Assembly: GCA_951406725.2 (NCBI GenBank)
Contig: OX597820.1
Coordinates: 29,388,001-29,452,000, forward strand
Length of the DNA: 64,000 nucleotides
DNA from: Octopus vulgaris
Lineage: Eukaryota
Direction: 5' to 3'
Within the stretch, counting starts at the first letter, position 1. Each line of letters begins with the position of its first letter. A model generated the notes under the pieces. That model did not search any database, was not told the origin of the DNA, and saw only the letters and a program-made list of their open reading frames with translations. The translations under genes and the position numbers were made by a program. This document shows, one piece after another, positions 39,606 to 54,169 of the stretch.

Positions 39606-39985
39606 AGGCATAGGAGTGGCTGTGTGGTAAGTAGCTTGCTTATCAACCACATGGTTCCAGGTTCAGTCCCACTGCATGGCACCTTGGTCAAGTGTTTTCT
39701 CACGCCAACCAAAGCCTTGTGAGTGGATTTGGTAGACGGAAACTGAAAGAAGCCCGTTGTATCTATATGTGTGTGTGTGTGTTTGTGAGTCTGTGTTTGT
39801 CCCACCATCGCTTGACAACCGATGCTGGTGTGTTTACATCCCCATAACTTAGCGGTTCGGCAAAAGAGACTGATAGAATAAGTACTAGGCTTCTAAAGAA
39901 TAAGTCCTGGGGTCGATTTGCTCAACTAAAGGCAGTGCTCCAGCATGGCCTCAGTCAAATGACTGAAACAAGTAAAAGAGTAAAA
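39606..39985 (+). mobile_element. SINE family A inserted into a ~30-bp minisatellite
   Basis: Near-complete copy; flanks are ttgtaccttatttatatgtaaaatactacaa-like units. Confidence 0.85.
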
Positions 39986-40071
39986 TATTACAATTGTACC
40001 TTATTTATATGTAAAATACTACAAATTTTTGACATCACGGGGCCAGCTAGTAATAATGATAATGATGATAA

Positions 40072-40490
40072 TTCTTTCTATGATGAGCACAAAGACTGAC
40101 ATTTGCGGGGGCAGGGTAATTATAGTTTATTATGTCAACCTCAGTACTCAACTAGTACTTGGCTTATTGACTCCAAAAAGATGAAAGATAATGTTGACCT
40201 CAGCAGAATCTGAACTCAGAATGTAAAGAGCTGAAAAAGTGCCACTAAGCATTTGTCTCACACAGTAACAATTCTGCCAGCTTGCTGTCTTAATAATAAA
40301 TAATAATCTTTTCTACTCTAGGCACAAGGCCTGAAATTTTTTGGGAGGTGAGGCAGTGGATTAGATTGACCCCAATATGCAACTGGTGCTTAATTCATTG
40401 ACCCTGAAAGGATGAAAGGCAAAGTCGACCTTGGCAGAATTTGAACTCAGAACATAGAGACAGATGAAATACCACTAAGCAGTTGTCTTA
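40072..40490 (-). mobile_element. Two tandem SINE B copies
   Basis: gaccctgaaaggatgaaaggcaaagtcgacc motif and a diverged second copy. Confidence 0.75.
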
Positions 40491-42746
40491 ATAATAATGA
40501 TAATGAAAAATGGTGGGGGTGAGGCAGGGGAATAAACAAAATCCACATAAGTACCAGAATAATAATAAGAATTTGGGTGTCGACTTTTTTTTTTTTTCCT
40601 TTAGGTCGAGAAATAATTTTGTAATCTAAGAGACTAGAGACTATTTAAGCTAAGGCCAGTTGTACCAGAAATAACTAAGGACAAAATACTATCAAAATAT
40701 TTGTTTTCAAACAATGAAATAAAAATTTATAAAAGAAAATTAGATTTTTAAAAATGTCTTTGGCTATTTTAAGAAATAAATTAACAATTACCATCTGAAA
40801 GATGCATATCAGCCATTTAAAAACACCACTGACAAGGTTACAGCTGGTATGATGAAAATTTCAACACCAAACTATAAATGCTGAAATGAAGTTAAGTTTT
40901 TTTGCATGTTTTTGAATAACTAAAATGAGTCTTCCATACTGTAATTGTTTTAGTTCCAACACATGATCCCAGATCAAATTATTTGCCAGGCAAGTACATC
41001 TCCAAAACTAAATAAAAGAAATTTTTATCTCTCACAGGGTTGGATGGTTCTACAAAGTCAAATATTTGTAATGATTGGCACAATGAATGGCTATTCTTTT
41101 TAAACTACAAATTCAAAATCTGAAAGATTACATGCATTCATAAATGTGTATTTGGGATTGATTTTATATATATATATTTATTTAATTTTTCATTTATTTT
41201 AGTTATATTTATTTTTTTATTTTATTTTCCCTGCTGTGTCTCATTGTGAAGATCTCATTTATACATAAACTACTTCCAGGCAGAATTTCTATAGTTCTTT
41301 TGTCAGATGGCGTCAGTATATCAAACATTGATGGTTTACATGTCCGGAATGCTGCATTTCATACTATATTCAATATAACGTAATCATGAGATTACAAAAC
41401 TTTTACTGACTTGATATTGATTACAGAATATCATTATTGAAATCCTATCATTGGTAGAATATCTTTCTGGGTGTATCTCCATCCTCATCAGCTTAGGATT
41501 TCCCTAATTATTTTAAATAGAGGCTTCTTTTTATTATTGTTGTTGTTGTTAATGCAGTGATGCAGTTTTGAATTTACAAATAGTATTTTTAATCTATCAT
41601 TTTAATATTGATTCATTCAACTAAAATTTTTCAAGGTGCCCCAACATGGCTATAAAACAAGTAAAAAGATACATACATACACGCATGCATGTCCCAACAT
41701 GGCAACAGCCCTGGGGTTGGAACTACTAAGAGTAATACATATAAACACATGTATAGAAATGCATAATCCTGATCTACCTGTCCATTTACACTTTAGTGGG
41801 CTGTCTAATCCTAACCCTATTCCTAATCTAGATCAGATCATTTCACAACACAGACTATGAACACTGTGGTGGGTCACACATACTAAAGTAGCACCCTATA
41901 TTCTTAATATAGTGCAAAATGGGTTTGATAGGCAATGTGCTAAAGGCATCAATCTCACCAGTCTTGAAGCGCCTGTGAAAACCATGGACACAGTCTCTTC
42001 CTCCAAACTAGTGCAGGAAAATAACCCAGTGTAAACTGGTGCTGAATCGTGTTCCCTTTTATATTAAAGTTTATTTATACATTCAGTGAATTGAGATTTG
42101 TATGCCTTCTGCTATCAACCCACCTGGGACCACCCCTGGTTCTGAAATCTAAATTTAAACCTTCCATCAAAATTTCATGTTCATTTATATTCCAAATACC
42201 AGTTTAATAACGATGAGTTATTTTGCTAAATAATTCAATTATTTTAACAATGAATTGAAACAAAGGCTAGTGTTTTTATGTTTGGTTTGCAAAATTCTTG
42301 ATGTGAATTTGTGTGCTGAAGCAAATTTTGTTGTGTCTTGGCAGAGCCATGATGCCAGTGATAATAACATATGCACAGGTTTGATTCTAATTCTATATTG
42401 TTAGTCAACTGTTTAAATGCCCAACTGACTAACCAATCAGTCATCTGTTTCATGTGTCGGTTTAACAATTAATCAGTTATCTGTCGGTCAAAGTTCTTTC
42501 ATCACCATTTGTGACCTTTTCTAAGTGTCTGAAGGCAAGTGTACTTAGCAGAAATATGGTAATTGAAGGAATAAAGTAAGTACCTCACTGAAATAAATTC
42601 TGAGATTGATACAATCGTCTGGAAACCTTGAAGGCAATATTTTCAGTGTACTTTGCAATCTAGTAACTGAAACCAATAAAAGAATGCATGCATGTGAGTG
42701 TGTGTGTGCACGCGCACACGTGTGCATGTACATGTATAGCAACACA

Positions 42747-42962
42747 TGAGGGGTTGCTGAAAAGTTCCAGGCTTTGGGTTTAAGAAATTTCTGGAGGATC
42801 AGTTAATTATGATTTTGTTCAACATATTCCCCTCTCAGATTCACACACTTATTGCAGCGATCCTTCAGTTTTTCTAAGCCCTGTAAAACAACTGAGAAGT
42901 TTGGACCTCCAACCAGGCTTCACACGATACCCTTAAAGCCAGGAATTTTTCAGCACCCCTTT
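42747..42962. mobile_element. mariner-type MITE
   Basis: TIRs gaggggttgctgaaaagttcc / ggaatttttcagcacccct; second copy at 63780. Confidence 0.8.
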
Positions 42963-42998
42963 ATACCTCTCAACATTTCTAACTCCCTTTCTCTTTCC

Positions 42999-43077
<79 letters not shown>

Positions 43078-43680
43078 TCTTTCTCTCTCTCTGACTAAGG
43101 ACTTACTAACATGTTCCATTGTAATCTCATTACTATCACGTTGCTAATACAGTAAGGTGATTGGGGCAGGTCTTTCTACATTCTGCAATATTGAAATGTT
43201 CATCTTGTTAATCACTACCTCCCACTCTTCCATCTTTCACAGTTGATGTATTCAAAATATCACACTAGGCGCCTACGATTTATGACTTACTATAGCCTCT
43301 GCCTCAAGAATCAATCACATCAGTTCAGTCACTCTACATTCATAAATATTCACTCCTAATCTATTGCATCTTCACACTTCCATTGTCCAATGTCTAAATA
43401 GATGCATTGCTGCAAGATTGCTAAATTCATTCATTCAATCGCAAAATGAATTTAGCTTGTATCTTACATTTTAGCTATGTGGTAGACTGACTCATCTACT
43501 CAGGCATTATTTGGCTGAGATGAGATGAAACAAGCAGTTTGCAAATCATAGCTTTTCTCAAACAATGTCTGTCATTACAAACGATGTGCAGTAATGAACA
43601 AAAGAGGCCCCCATTAGCAAGGAAGCTTTTTCTCATATATACTTACATTGTTACAGTTAATCCCTCTGTCAAACCCAAAC

Positions 43681-43960
43681 AAGCTGATCTATCGTTAAAA
43701 GTATTTAAGCTGTAACAATCCAGATCAGCTATGATCAAGAGCATTCCAACCATGACCATCTAACTGAGTCATAGTCAAAATCATTCCAGTCATGACCAAC
43801 CAGCTGTGTCGTTGTCAAAAGCATTCCAGCTATGACTAACCAGCTGAGTTATTGTCAAAAGCATTCCAGCCATGACCATCCAGCAGAGTCATGGTCAAAA
43901 GCATTCCAGCCATGATCAACCAGCTGAGTCATTGTCAGAAACATTCCAACCATGACCAAT
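43681..43960. repeat. 40-bp minisatellite, 6 clear units plus 1 degenerate
   Basis: Consensus cagctgagtcattgtcaaaagcattccagccatgaccaac. Confidence 0.9.
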
Positions 43961-44129
43961 GAGTATTTTTTGTCTTTTTTTTTTTAGAGAGAGTGGATAG
44001 TATACTACCTTGAGCTATAATTTGCTCCCTTTAAGACAATTAGATTCAGGAAAATTTTGGCTTCTGTTTATTGCATGTCAAGTGCCCATGAAAGACTACC
44101 CTCATTGGCTTGTCTGTGCTAATGTCATT

Positions 44130-44597
44130 AATCAGGGCAACGACGAAGCAACTTGGCAACATCGTTATTACTGTTATTACTGAGAGCCTCCTCCAATATG
44201 TTGCACTTCGTGAAGAATGGAGTTTGATATAGCTACCCTCATTTGCAGCTTTGATTTAAAAACGACTACATCTACTTTGTGCAGGTTCCGCAGGCTCTTT
44301 TGGAGAATATTAAAAAGTTGTGGGCCCTTGATAGCCAGGCTGTTGCAGTAACTGGTCCTGAAGCGCGATGGCGTTGCTGGGATCTTTGGCACTATGCAGT
44401 GTCATCCCATTCTGGCATTGGTGTAGCTTTCAATGCCAAAATTTGGCACAATTCCTTCCAGGTGTATATTACTGCGTACCTCTCCTGCCTTCTCTCCAGG
44501 GAGTAGAGTCTTAGCTGTTTCAGCCTTTCCCAGTAGCTGAGCAGTTGCAAAGGGATGATCTTCTTTGTGAATCTTCTCTGGATTGCTTCAAGGTCCG
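44130..44597 (-). mobile_element. CR1-group LINE 3' fragment
   Basis: ADLEAIQRRFTKKI...SYWERLKQLRLYSLERRQERY...GPQLFNIL...FKSKL. Confidence 0.85.
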
Positions 44598-44704
44598 CTT
44601 GAAGCAATCCAGGGATTGCTATTAATATATATAATATATATATTTATATATAAATATATGTATTTATATATAAGTATATATTTATATATAAGTATATATA
44701 TTTA

Positions 44705-44736
<32 letters not shown>

Positions 44737-45274
44737 ATATCACTATCATGAACTACGTGACCTGTGGGATATTTGTTTGCTCTTTCTAGCTTGTAAAATA
44801 CCTGTCTAGAGACTCCACCATTGACTTGTAGCTGGGTATCACTGTTATGTTTCAGTAGCTCTGATATGAGTTATTGTGGTAAATAAGATAAAAGAGAGAG
44901 AGAAAGGCAGAAAGTATTTCATAGCAAAGAGGTTTTAGATGTAGCTGTCTTCAGATGCATTTATGGCAGCCAGAAATAGTCTGGTAGCCAATTGCCACTG
45001 TCAGCTTGAACATGTTTGAGCATTGTTATCTGCTGACCATTGCTGTATGTATGGGTTTCCATTTTTAGTGTATGTATTTTGAAAGGAAATGATGTAAAAT
45101 GCAAACTGTAAACATTAAGAAAAATAAGTATTTCTCTACAAAAAAAAAAGAAAGATGCTAATGGACTTTTTAAGTTCACAGTTGTGTGCAGCCCTAACAA
45201 AATAATAAAACACATTCTTATTATTATTATTGTTGATATACACACACACACACACGTGTATATATATCTGTGGA

Positions 45275-46167
<893 letters not shown>

Positions 46168-46592
46168 CCCAGAAGTATATAAAATCTGTTTGTGTAAGTG
46201 TGTTACTGTCCCCTTTGCCATAGCATAGTAGTTGTGAGTATCAACCCCATGGTGCCCTTCATTTTCAATCTCCTGTGAAGACATGTCTGGTCATGGGGAA
46301 ATATTACATTGCTTGGAAACAAGTGAGAGGTAGCAACAGGATGGGTACCTAGCCATAGAAAATCATCTCATCAATTTATATCTTGCAATATCTCGGATGC
46401 AGCTGTGCATCGTTAACCAGCTAGAGGAGATGCCCTCTTGGGGTTAAAAAAATCGAAGTAAAGTCTGTTCGAATGGACAGCCGTGTTGAAGTGGCTACGA
46501 ACATCACTTATATGTGTATATTTATATGCATGTATGTGTGTGTGTGTGTGTGTGTGAACATTGTACATTTGTGTGTGTATATATGTATATAT

Positions 46593-46830
46593 CATCATCA
46601 TTGTCCATTTTCCATGCTAGCATGGGTTGGACGGTTGAACCGGGGTCTGGGAAGCCAGGAGGCTGTGCCAGGCTCCAGTCTGATCTGACAGTGTTTCTAC
46701 AGCTGGATGCCCTTCCTAATGCTAACCACTCTGTGAGTGTAGTGGGTGCTTTTTACGTGCCACCAGCAGAGGGGCCAGAGGGGGCTGGCAAACAGCCACG
46801 ATCGGTTGGCGCTTTTTACGTGTCACCGAC
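46593..46830 (-). mobile_element. RTE-type 3' tail (family C)
   Basis: Reverse complement of the 60946-61128 tail. Confidence 0.8.
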
Positions 46831-48091
46831 ACGTGAGTGTAAATGTGTCTCTGTGTGTGTATATACATATCTGTGTGCATGCATGTTTGTGTGTATATGT
46901 ATGTGTGTGCATATAATGCTGAAGCATTTATAGTTTCTACATTTGAGTTCTTCCATGTGTCTGTATCTTTGCCTTCAGTCACTTACAGCATCTAAGCTCT
47001 TTACAGAGTTCTACTATTTAACATTGTTACGGTCGTTAACATACCCTTCCGTTCCGTTCCATTCCGTCTCCTAAACCCCCTCTCACCACCCACCCACCCC
47101 ACTAATCAACCGACTCTTCTCAGCAGAAATTTTTAGTTGCGGTTATAAATAAAAACGAATATAATTGTCTGAATCTGATGGAGTTTCTGGATATTGGTTT
47201 TAACAATCTTAAAATATTTACAGATTCGTTTACAATTAATGTAAAATTTATTACATTTTTTTTTCTTTTCCTTTAATTTTTTTTTATCATTTTTCTTATA
47301 TGGTTTGAAGTCTTGATTGTTGAACTTGCATATATTTTATTTTGTATTTTTTTTATCTGGGTTTTTTTTTTGTTATGTACATGTATTTCTTTTTTTTTTG
47401 TTGTTGTTGTTTCTCATTCCTATCATAGCATAGTTCTAAGAATTCGGACTTCGTGATTTATGATTTTATAAGCTCATTCATAATGACACCCATGCAAATA
47501 TGAAATGAAAGTAACACATACTGCCATTACAGATGTTGTTACTATTGTTGTTGTGGTTGTAACTGTTGTAGTTGTTGTTCCTCTGAGATTAATACATATC
47601 TTTCAACATGGCAGCTAATGTGCCTTGAAAGAAGGTGAATATTGATTCAAATATTAAAAAAAAAGGAATTTTTCTTTTTTTTTGCTTTTACTTGATTTTT
47701 TTTCTCCATATCAAATGGATGGTAAAATTGCAATGTTTGCCAAAACCTCAAGATGTAGTGGTTTGATTCTTTGGTACTTTTTCTTTTTTTTTTCCTTTCT
47801 TTTTTTTTGTACAAATCAAATTTCACACATAAAGAAAGAAAAAAAGAAAGAACCTAAAATTTTTGCCAATTCAAATTTGAAGTCAAAGTTTTAATTTATT
47901 TATTAGCTTGGGCTTTTCTGTTTGTTTTTTGTTTTGTTTTATTTTTTAAATTTTAATTCTATTAAAGTCAATTTCAGTTAGTTTTGGGGTTTTTTTTTCT
48001 ATTTGATTCCTTCTTTTCTTTCTTTTTGTTTATGAAATAAATATCTGTTTCACAGATTTGAAATTTTCAAAGACATGTTTGCATGTGTGTA

Positions 48092-48139
<48 letters not shown>

Positions 48140-48699
48140 CACATGCATCAACGGTGCAAAAAGTTTTTTAAAAAACATGAAGACAAGGTAAAAAAAAAAA
48201 AAACAAGTGAACTGGGTGTATTTGGTTGATGTCAGGAAAATTGGAACAAGTTTTTAGTTTTGAGCCGACACTCTTATACGGAAGGAATAGATGAAGAGAG
48301 AGAAAAGTAAAGAGAGAAGGATAAGCATGTCTCAATTATATCTTCCCTGTAATATGCAAACGCATACACATGCGAATGCACACACTCATGTATGTGTGTA
48401 TATATCTGTGTGTGTGTGTGTGTGTATATTTGCTATTCTGAAAAATCACTGAGCTACAAGCAGTGATGTTGTCATTTGCCCTGTTAGCAAATCATCTGCT
48501 GGCTTTGCACTTTCAAAGACATCTGAAACAAGAGATCACTGACTGGAAAAACAGATACATGTTAGTGACAGGAAGAGCATCCAGCTGTAAAGCAATGCCT
48601 CAGTAATATATTCATCTAACTCAGCATGGAATAATGAACAAATGAAAAATATTCAACTTGCCTGTCCTTCAACGATTTGGCTCCAAACCATATCATTAA

Positions 48700-48902
48700 C
48701 CCTTTCATTACCAACCCAGCTGAAACTGGCTCTGTTGTACAAATGTCTTGTTTTCAAAAGTTTTGAATTAAAATCTTTCACCCAAACTTAGTCACAATTT
48801 ATGTTCCTAACACTAGCTGAATGATATTTTACTAAATTTGTTATATTTGAAGTAATTGAAAGAAACACAGAGCATCTCAAAATAAATACAGTAACGAAAG
48901 GG
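48700..48902. mobile_element. piggyBac-like MITE with TTAA TSD
   Basis: ttaa|ccctttcattac ... gtaacgaaaggg|ttaa. Confidence 0.85.
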
Positions 48903-49310
48903 TTAATGAACCAATAAATAGACCAGCATTCTTAACAATCAACCACTTCCTTTCTATTTGCTCAATGGTATTCATTCTCTCAGAGAATATTTTGTAAAAA
49001 TAATTTTTTAAATTCTTACAATTGTCTTGGGTACTTAAATCATTGTCAGCATTGCCTCATTGTTAGCTTCCTAGATCTTATGATCTAGAATGGTCATAGA
49101 CAGGCTACAGCCTGTGGGTCTTTCTGAAAGGCACACCAATGAAAAATTACCTTGAGGTTGTTTAGTAGTGAGCCCCCACCTCTGATTATGAGCCATGTAT
49201 CATGCATCCCATTTCTCAAAGAATGGTTCCATGCCTGATCTAGAGATATTCCAAATATGACAATCATGCTTCTTAGGAGTATCTAGTATTATATAGTATG
49301 TTTTTTTATA

Positions 49311-49705
49311 ATCCTTTAACATTCAGATTACTCTTTCAAATGTAATGCTTATTTATTCTCTTTGTTTTGAATTAACTGTGATTTCTCTTGTAACTTCTAG
49401 ATTTTGATGATGTGATTGTTTATTTCTAAAATGACAGTGTTGGTTAGGTGTAGGAGGCTGGGTCTGGCCAATATTGAATATGAAATGGATAGGCTATTTG
49501 GGTTGGATGTGCCTCTGGCTCTGTAGTACAAATGTCTTGTTTTCATAAGTTTTGAACTAAAATCTTCCAACAAACCTTAGTCCAATTTATGTTCCTAACA
49601 CCAGCTTAATGATAACTAAGTTATTTTACAAAATTCTTTGTTATATTTAAAATTAATTGAAAGAAACCCAGAGCTCCTCAAAATAAATACAGTAACAAAA
49701 GGTTT
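49311..49705. mobile_element. Composite of two TTAA-MITE families
   Basis: Left part matches the reverse complement of the 15223-15385 family; right part matches 48730-48902. Confidence 0.6.
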
Positions 49706-50699
49706 AAATGCTGCATGGTTAAGATGGCTAGATGTGTTGTGAGCATCTAACAGTTCAGGCTACCACATAGAGGGTTTCTAAACATACCAGTTAGACAATT
49801 CACTGAATTGTCAAATATCTGTTTTAATTTCTTTATTGATGCCCATGTGGATGGGAGGGGATGTGTGTACTAAATTTATAACTATAAAACACCAGGTATT
49901 ATTTTTATTGAAGTTTTTCCAAAATGCAGATGTATGTTTTATTATTTAGTTGCCTTTTAGCTTCTATGAGCAGAGTAGTTGGGTAGTTATTAGTATAGAG
50001 TGAGCTTCATTATTTGTTCTAAAAAAAATTCTGTTGAAGCACTAAAACAAGCATATTGACACTTCTTCCTGTGAAATGACAGTAATAAAAATAAGAATGT
50101 GCTTTAAAAAATTCATAGTTACTACTATAACTGTACAAAGTTTAATAAATTCTGTCACAAAATGCTATGATCAACTACTGTAAACTACAGCTGATGTTGC
50201 CACACCCTAAAAGCCTCCACATTTTGACCTGATTTCACTTTTGTTTCAAAACTTTTGAATATGCATTATTAGAATTTTAAAACAAATTATGATCAGATAT
50301 CTTGATACTGTAAGAACAGTCATTATAAAGAAAAATGAGTTGATGAATATTTCATTTTTGTATGTGGTTTGCAAGAGTCTCGATGGGTGCTCAAGCGTTG
50401 AAATGTTTTGTTGTTTCTTGGGAGGGTCACTATGCAAATAATAAGCACATGCACTGGTTCTATTTCACTTTTTTTTTTATTTGTTACTTGATGCCAAGAC
50501 AATACTCCATATGCATAAACACACACACAGTATAACATCTGGCACAATCAGCAACAGAGAAATCTGGCCAACTTTGTTGTGCATGTCATGTTTGTAATTA
50601 TTTTGTTATTAAATGACTGGATATCCTTGCTCCCCACCCCAATCAATTTATAGTGTGTATTAGATGCATTTTATCGTGCTCGTCATGATCAAGATCCCT

Positions 50700-51190
50700 T
50701 AACTGATTTAGCCAGTCATTAAGGAGCCACTCTTGATACTTTCAAAGTCTGTTGTCGCCACTGGCATAGCAGATTCACTGTGTTGTAGCCTGTCCAGTCC
50801 TTGGTGTTGTCAAACCAGAATTTTCTCTGTCTGCCTATCTCTAGGTCTTCTTCAACTGTGGCCTGAAGAATGATTTTGGACAAGGTGTTGTGGTGGGACA
50901 CATGACCGCGTGTCTTTTTACCTGCACAAGAAGTGGTTCCTGTCCATCAGCATATTTATTGACTTGCTGCCTGACAAAGTTGTTCATTTTGTGTTCTGTG
51001 AACAGAATGTGTAGCAGCCTTCTGAAACGAAGCACTTGTATTCTTCACTCTGTGCTAGCTGTAAGAGTCCAGCTTTCACATCCATACAGAAGGATCGAAG
51101 TCACTCTGAATCTTGTTTGAAAACTAACGGAATTGCTTTTCCAGATAGTGTTCAGCTTCATCATGACAGCAGAGGCTAAACTGCTTGTTG
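50700..51190 (-). mobile_element. RTE-BovB-like LINE 3' ORF remnant
   Basis: ILLYGCESWTL...FRRLLHILFTEHKMN...LSKIILQATVE...GRQRKFWFDNTKDWTG. Confidence 0.85.
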
Positions 51191-52582
51191 CCTTTTAGTT
51201 GTTACCTTCTTTGTTTATCTTACTGTTGTTATCTTCTTTTTTATCATGTTACTTGTTGTTACCTTCATTTTTATCATGCTACTGACTCCAAAACAAATTC
51301 TTGTAACAAGACAGTTGTAAATGGTTGTAAATGAGTATCATCATCATACAACCAAGCGGTTGTTTGTTTACAGGCTTACATGAAAAAACATGTCTAGCTT
51401 TGGGAAAACATTACCTTGCTTGGAAACAAGTGAGGGTTGGTGACAGGCTGTAGAATATTTGTCTCAGCAAATTCCATTTGATCCATGCAAGTGTGGAAAA
51501 ATAGATGTCAAATGATGATAATTATGAAATGCACCTGTGTGTATGTGTGTATGTTTTATTTTAGACATGCACACGTTTTTCAGGGAATTTAATAATTATC
51601 ACAGCGTTATCATACTTTAGTTCTCACTTGTAGAAACTGACAGAGGCAGGTACAAAATAAGAGTCTGTTAATATATTTCATAAGTTGAAATATTGATTTA
51701 AATAGTGAAAAGGAACGGGGTATTTGGCTTCTAACTATTGGACCATGGATGAATGGTGTAAATGATTTATAACTTCTGATTCCATGGTGGATGATTCCAA
51801 ATAATTTTTAGAATGTTTTAAAACGGATGTGTTGAAGCGAGTCTTAAAAGTTTCTCCCCAACTCTTTCTCTCTCAAATATATATATATCAATCTTGCTCT
51901 CATTCCCTCTTTCTCCCTCTTCCTCTCTCTATATATATGGGTGGGTTGGTGTGTATGTATGTATATATATATATATACACTCACACATTCACAGAGGCAT
52001 ACTCAACTCAAAGTGTTTCAATTTACGTCTTTTTCAATTTCACACTGTTTTTTGCTTGTTTTTGCTTTTGGGGTTTTTTTTAATTTTTGCTTGGAAGAAA
52101 TTAATGGTAAAAATAAACTTCAACTTCAGTTGATTTATCCAACTTTACGTTGGTCTCACGAAACATTTAAAAGCATTAAAAAATGTTTTTAAAAAATGCC
52201 TTATAACCAACACTGTAGTTGTAGAAGCAAATAAGATACGTGTGAAAATATGTACAAATCATTTATCAAAACATATGCGCTAATGTATCTTTTTTTAAAT
52301 GTTTCTTCGTGTTACATTGTTTTCCAAGTAAAGTCACATGTTTTGCAATCAACGATCAACATAAGTTGTGGTATACCCATGTGTGTATGTATATCTTTTA
52401 CTTGTTTCAGTCATTAGTATGCAACCATGCTGGGGTACTTACTACCTTGAAGGTTTTTTTTGAAGCCTGATACTTATTCTATCAGTCTTTTGCCAAACCG
52501 CTAAGTTACACACCAACACCAGTTGTCATAATTCATATTTAGATGCTTTTATTAAATTCATTCAGTTGTTAAACATAAATAA

Positions 52583-53170
52583 ATCTTGATTGAAGTTTTT
52601 CTTATTGGGGAAAAAAACAAAGTATTCCAGTTTGTTGGTGATTTAACTTGTTTAGCAAGCACTTTGCATGGGTCAAGCAATTCTTTCTTGTCACATCCAA
52701 TATAAACTGACCCTTCTGTATCACATATAACTTGTACCAGATGTCCTCATGCACAACACTTCTGATTATGCATTCTGAAACCTTGAGGTCATTTGCAATG
52801 GCCCTGATTGACTTTCCAGGGATTTTATCAATTATTTCTTGGACATTTTATCAAAAGTTACATGTTCTTAGGCTATTAGGACCCTTTACATGTGTTTTGC
52901 ATTTAGCTGCTAATGTTGGATCTCTGTCAACAGCTTCTAGCTCCTTTCAAATTTTGACAATGAAAGACCAGGCAACTTTCAGGAAGTGTGTTATCTCTGT
53001 GTCACTAAACTCCTCTTTTAAGGCATTAATTAGAGCGTGCGTTTTCAATTGCTGAGTCAACCTGATGTCCGACATTATTTATCTGAAAAGTAAAGTAACA
53101 AAATATGCATTAGGAGAAAGTTTCTAACTTTCTCCCAACAGAGGTCTCCTCAAAAAGCTGACACACTCTG
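52583..53170 (-). pseudogene. Decayed Tc1/mariner (maT/DD37D-like) transposase, N-terminal half plus 5' end
   Basis: ATG at 53075: MSDIRLTQQLK...PGKSIRAIANDLKVSECIIRSVVHEDIWYK...LLNKL...FF..KNFNQD with in-frame stops. Element end abuts TA at 53171. Confidence 0.8.
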
Positions 53171-53179
53171 TATATATAT

Positions 53180-53740
53180 TCTTTTACTTGTTTCAGTCAT
53201 TTGACTGCAGCCATGCTGGAGGGTTTTAATTGGACAAAATCAACCCCAGGACTTGTTTTTTAAAGCCTAGTACTTATTCTATCCATCTCGTTTTGCCGAA
53301 CTGCTAAGTTATGGGGACATAAACACTAATACCAGTTGTCAAGCGGTGATGGGGGTGACAAACACAGACACAAAGGCACATACAAAGATATATACATATA
53401 TAAATATACAACGGGCTTCTTTCAGTTTCCGTCTACTAAATCCACTCACGAGGTTTTGGTTGGTCTAAGACTAAGGTAGAAGACACTTGCCGAAGGTGCC
53501 ATGCAGTGGGACTGAACCTGGAACCATGTGATTAGGAAGCAAGTTTCTTACCACACAGTCACATACACACACACATACATACATACATATATAAACAGGC
53601 TTCTTTCAGTTTCCATCTACCAAATCCACTCACATGGTTGGGCCAAGGCTATATTGGAAGCCACTTGCCCAAGGTACCTCACTGTGAGAATGTACCTGGA
53701 ACCATGTGCTTGGGAAGCAAGCATCTTACCACACAGCTAC
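53180..53740 (-). mobile_element. SINE family A plus an extra head
   Basis: Near-full copy 53180-53560, second head 53595-53740. Confidence 0.8.
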
Positions 53741-54018
53741 AGGTATGAATGTGTGTGTGCGTGTATGTATATGTATATATATATATATATATATATACAT
53801 ACATACTGACAGACATACACACACACACATGCACACATACAAGTTTTTAATATAGTTATACATTTTGTTTTTTATTTGCTTCTTTTCCAAATTTCTTTTT
53901 ATGCATAAAATCTATGACAAATATTTGGGAGAAACAGACAGAGAGAATGCATGTATACACACACTCACACACACATTGCTTGTTTTGTACTATTGTGTTC
54001 ATCTCTTATTTTTTTTCA

Positions 54019-54053
<35 letters not shown>

Positions 54054-54169
54054 TACTGTTGTTGCTGCTGCTGTTATTATTATTATCATCATTGTCGTCG
54101 TCGTCATCATGAAACTATATTTGCCAGTATTGAGTCTCAGTTCCATATAAATATTATAAAAAAAAAGTT

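Noticed and set aside
41038-41123. Possible exon after tctctcacag (GLDGSTK...NDWHNEW)
   Set aside because: No convincing donor or homology, and the frames close quickly.
41806-41830. Telomere-like ctaacc repeats (also near 58473)
   Set aside because: Only a few degenerate units; not an interstitial telomere array.
43681-43960. CRISPR-like periodicity
   Set aside because: Contiguous tandem units with no unique spacers, no cas genes, and a eukaryotic context.
48250-48300. Possible remnant of a hammerhead-like module on the - strand
   Set aside because: Both core boxes are mutated, so it cannot be supported from this copy.
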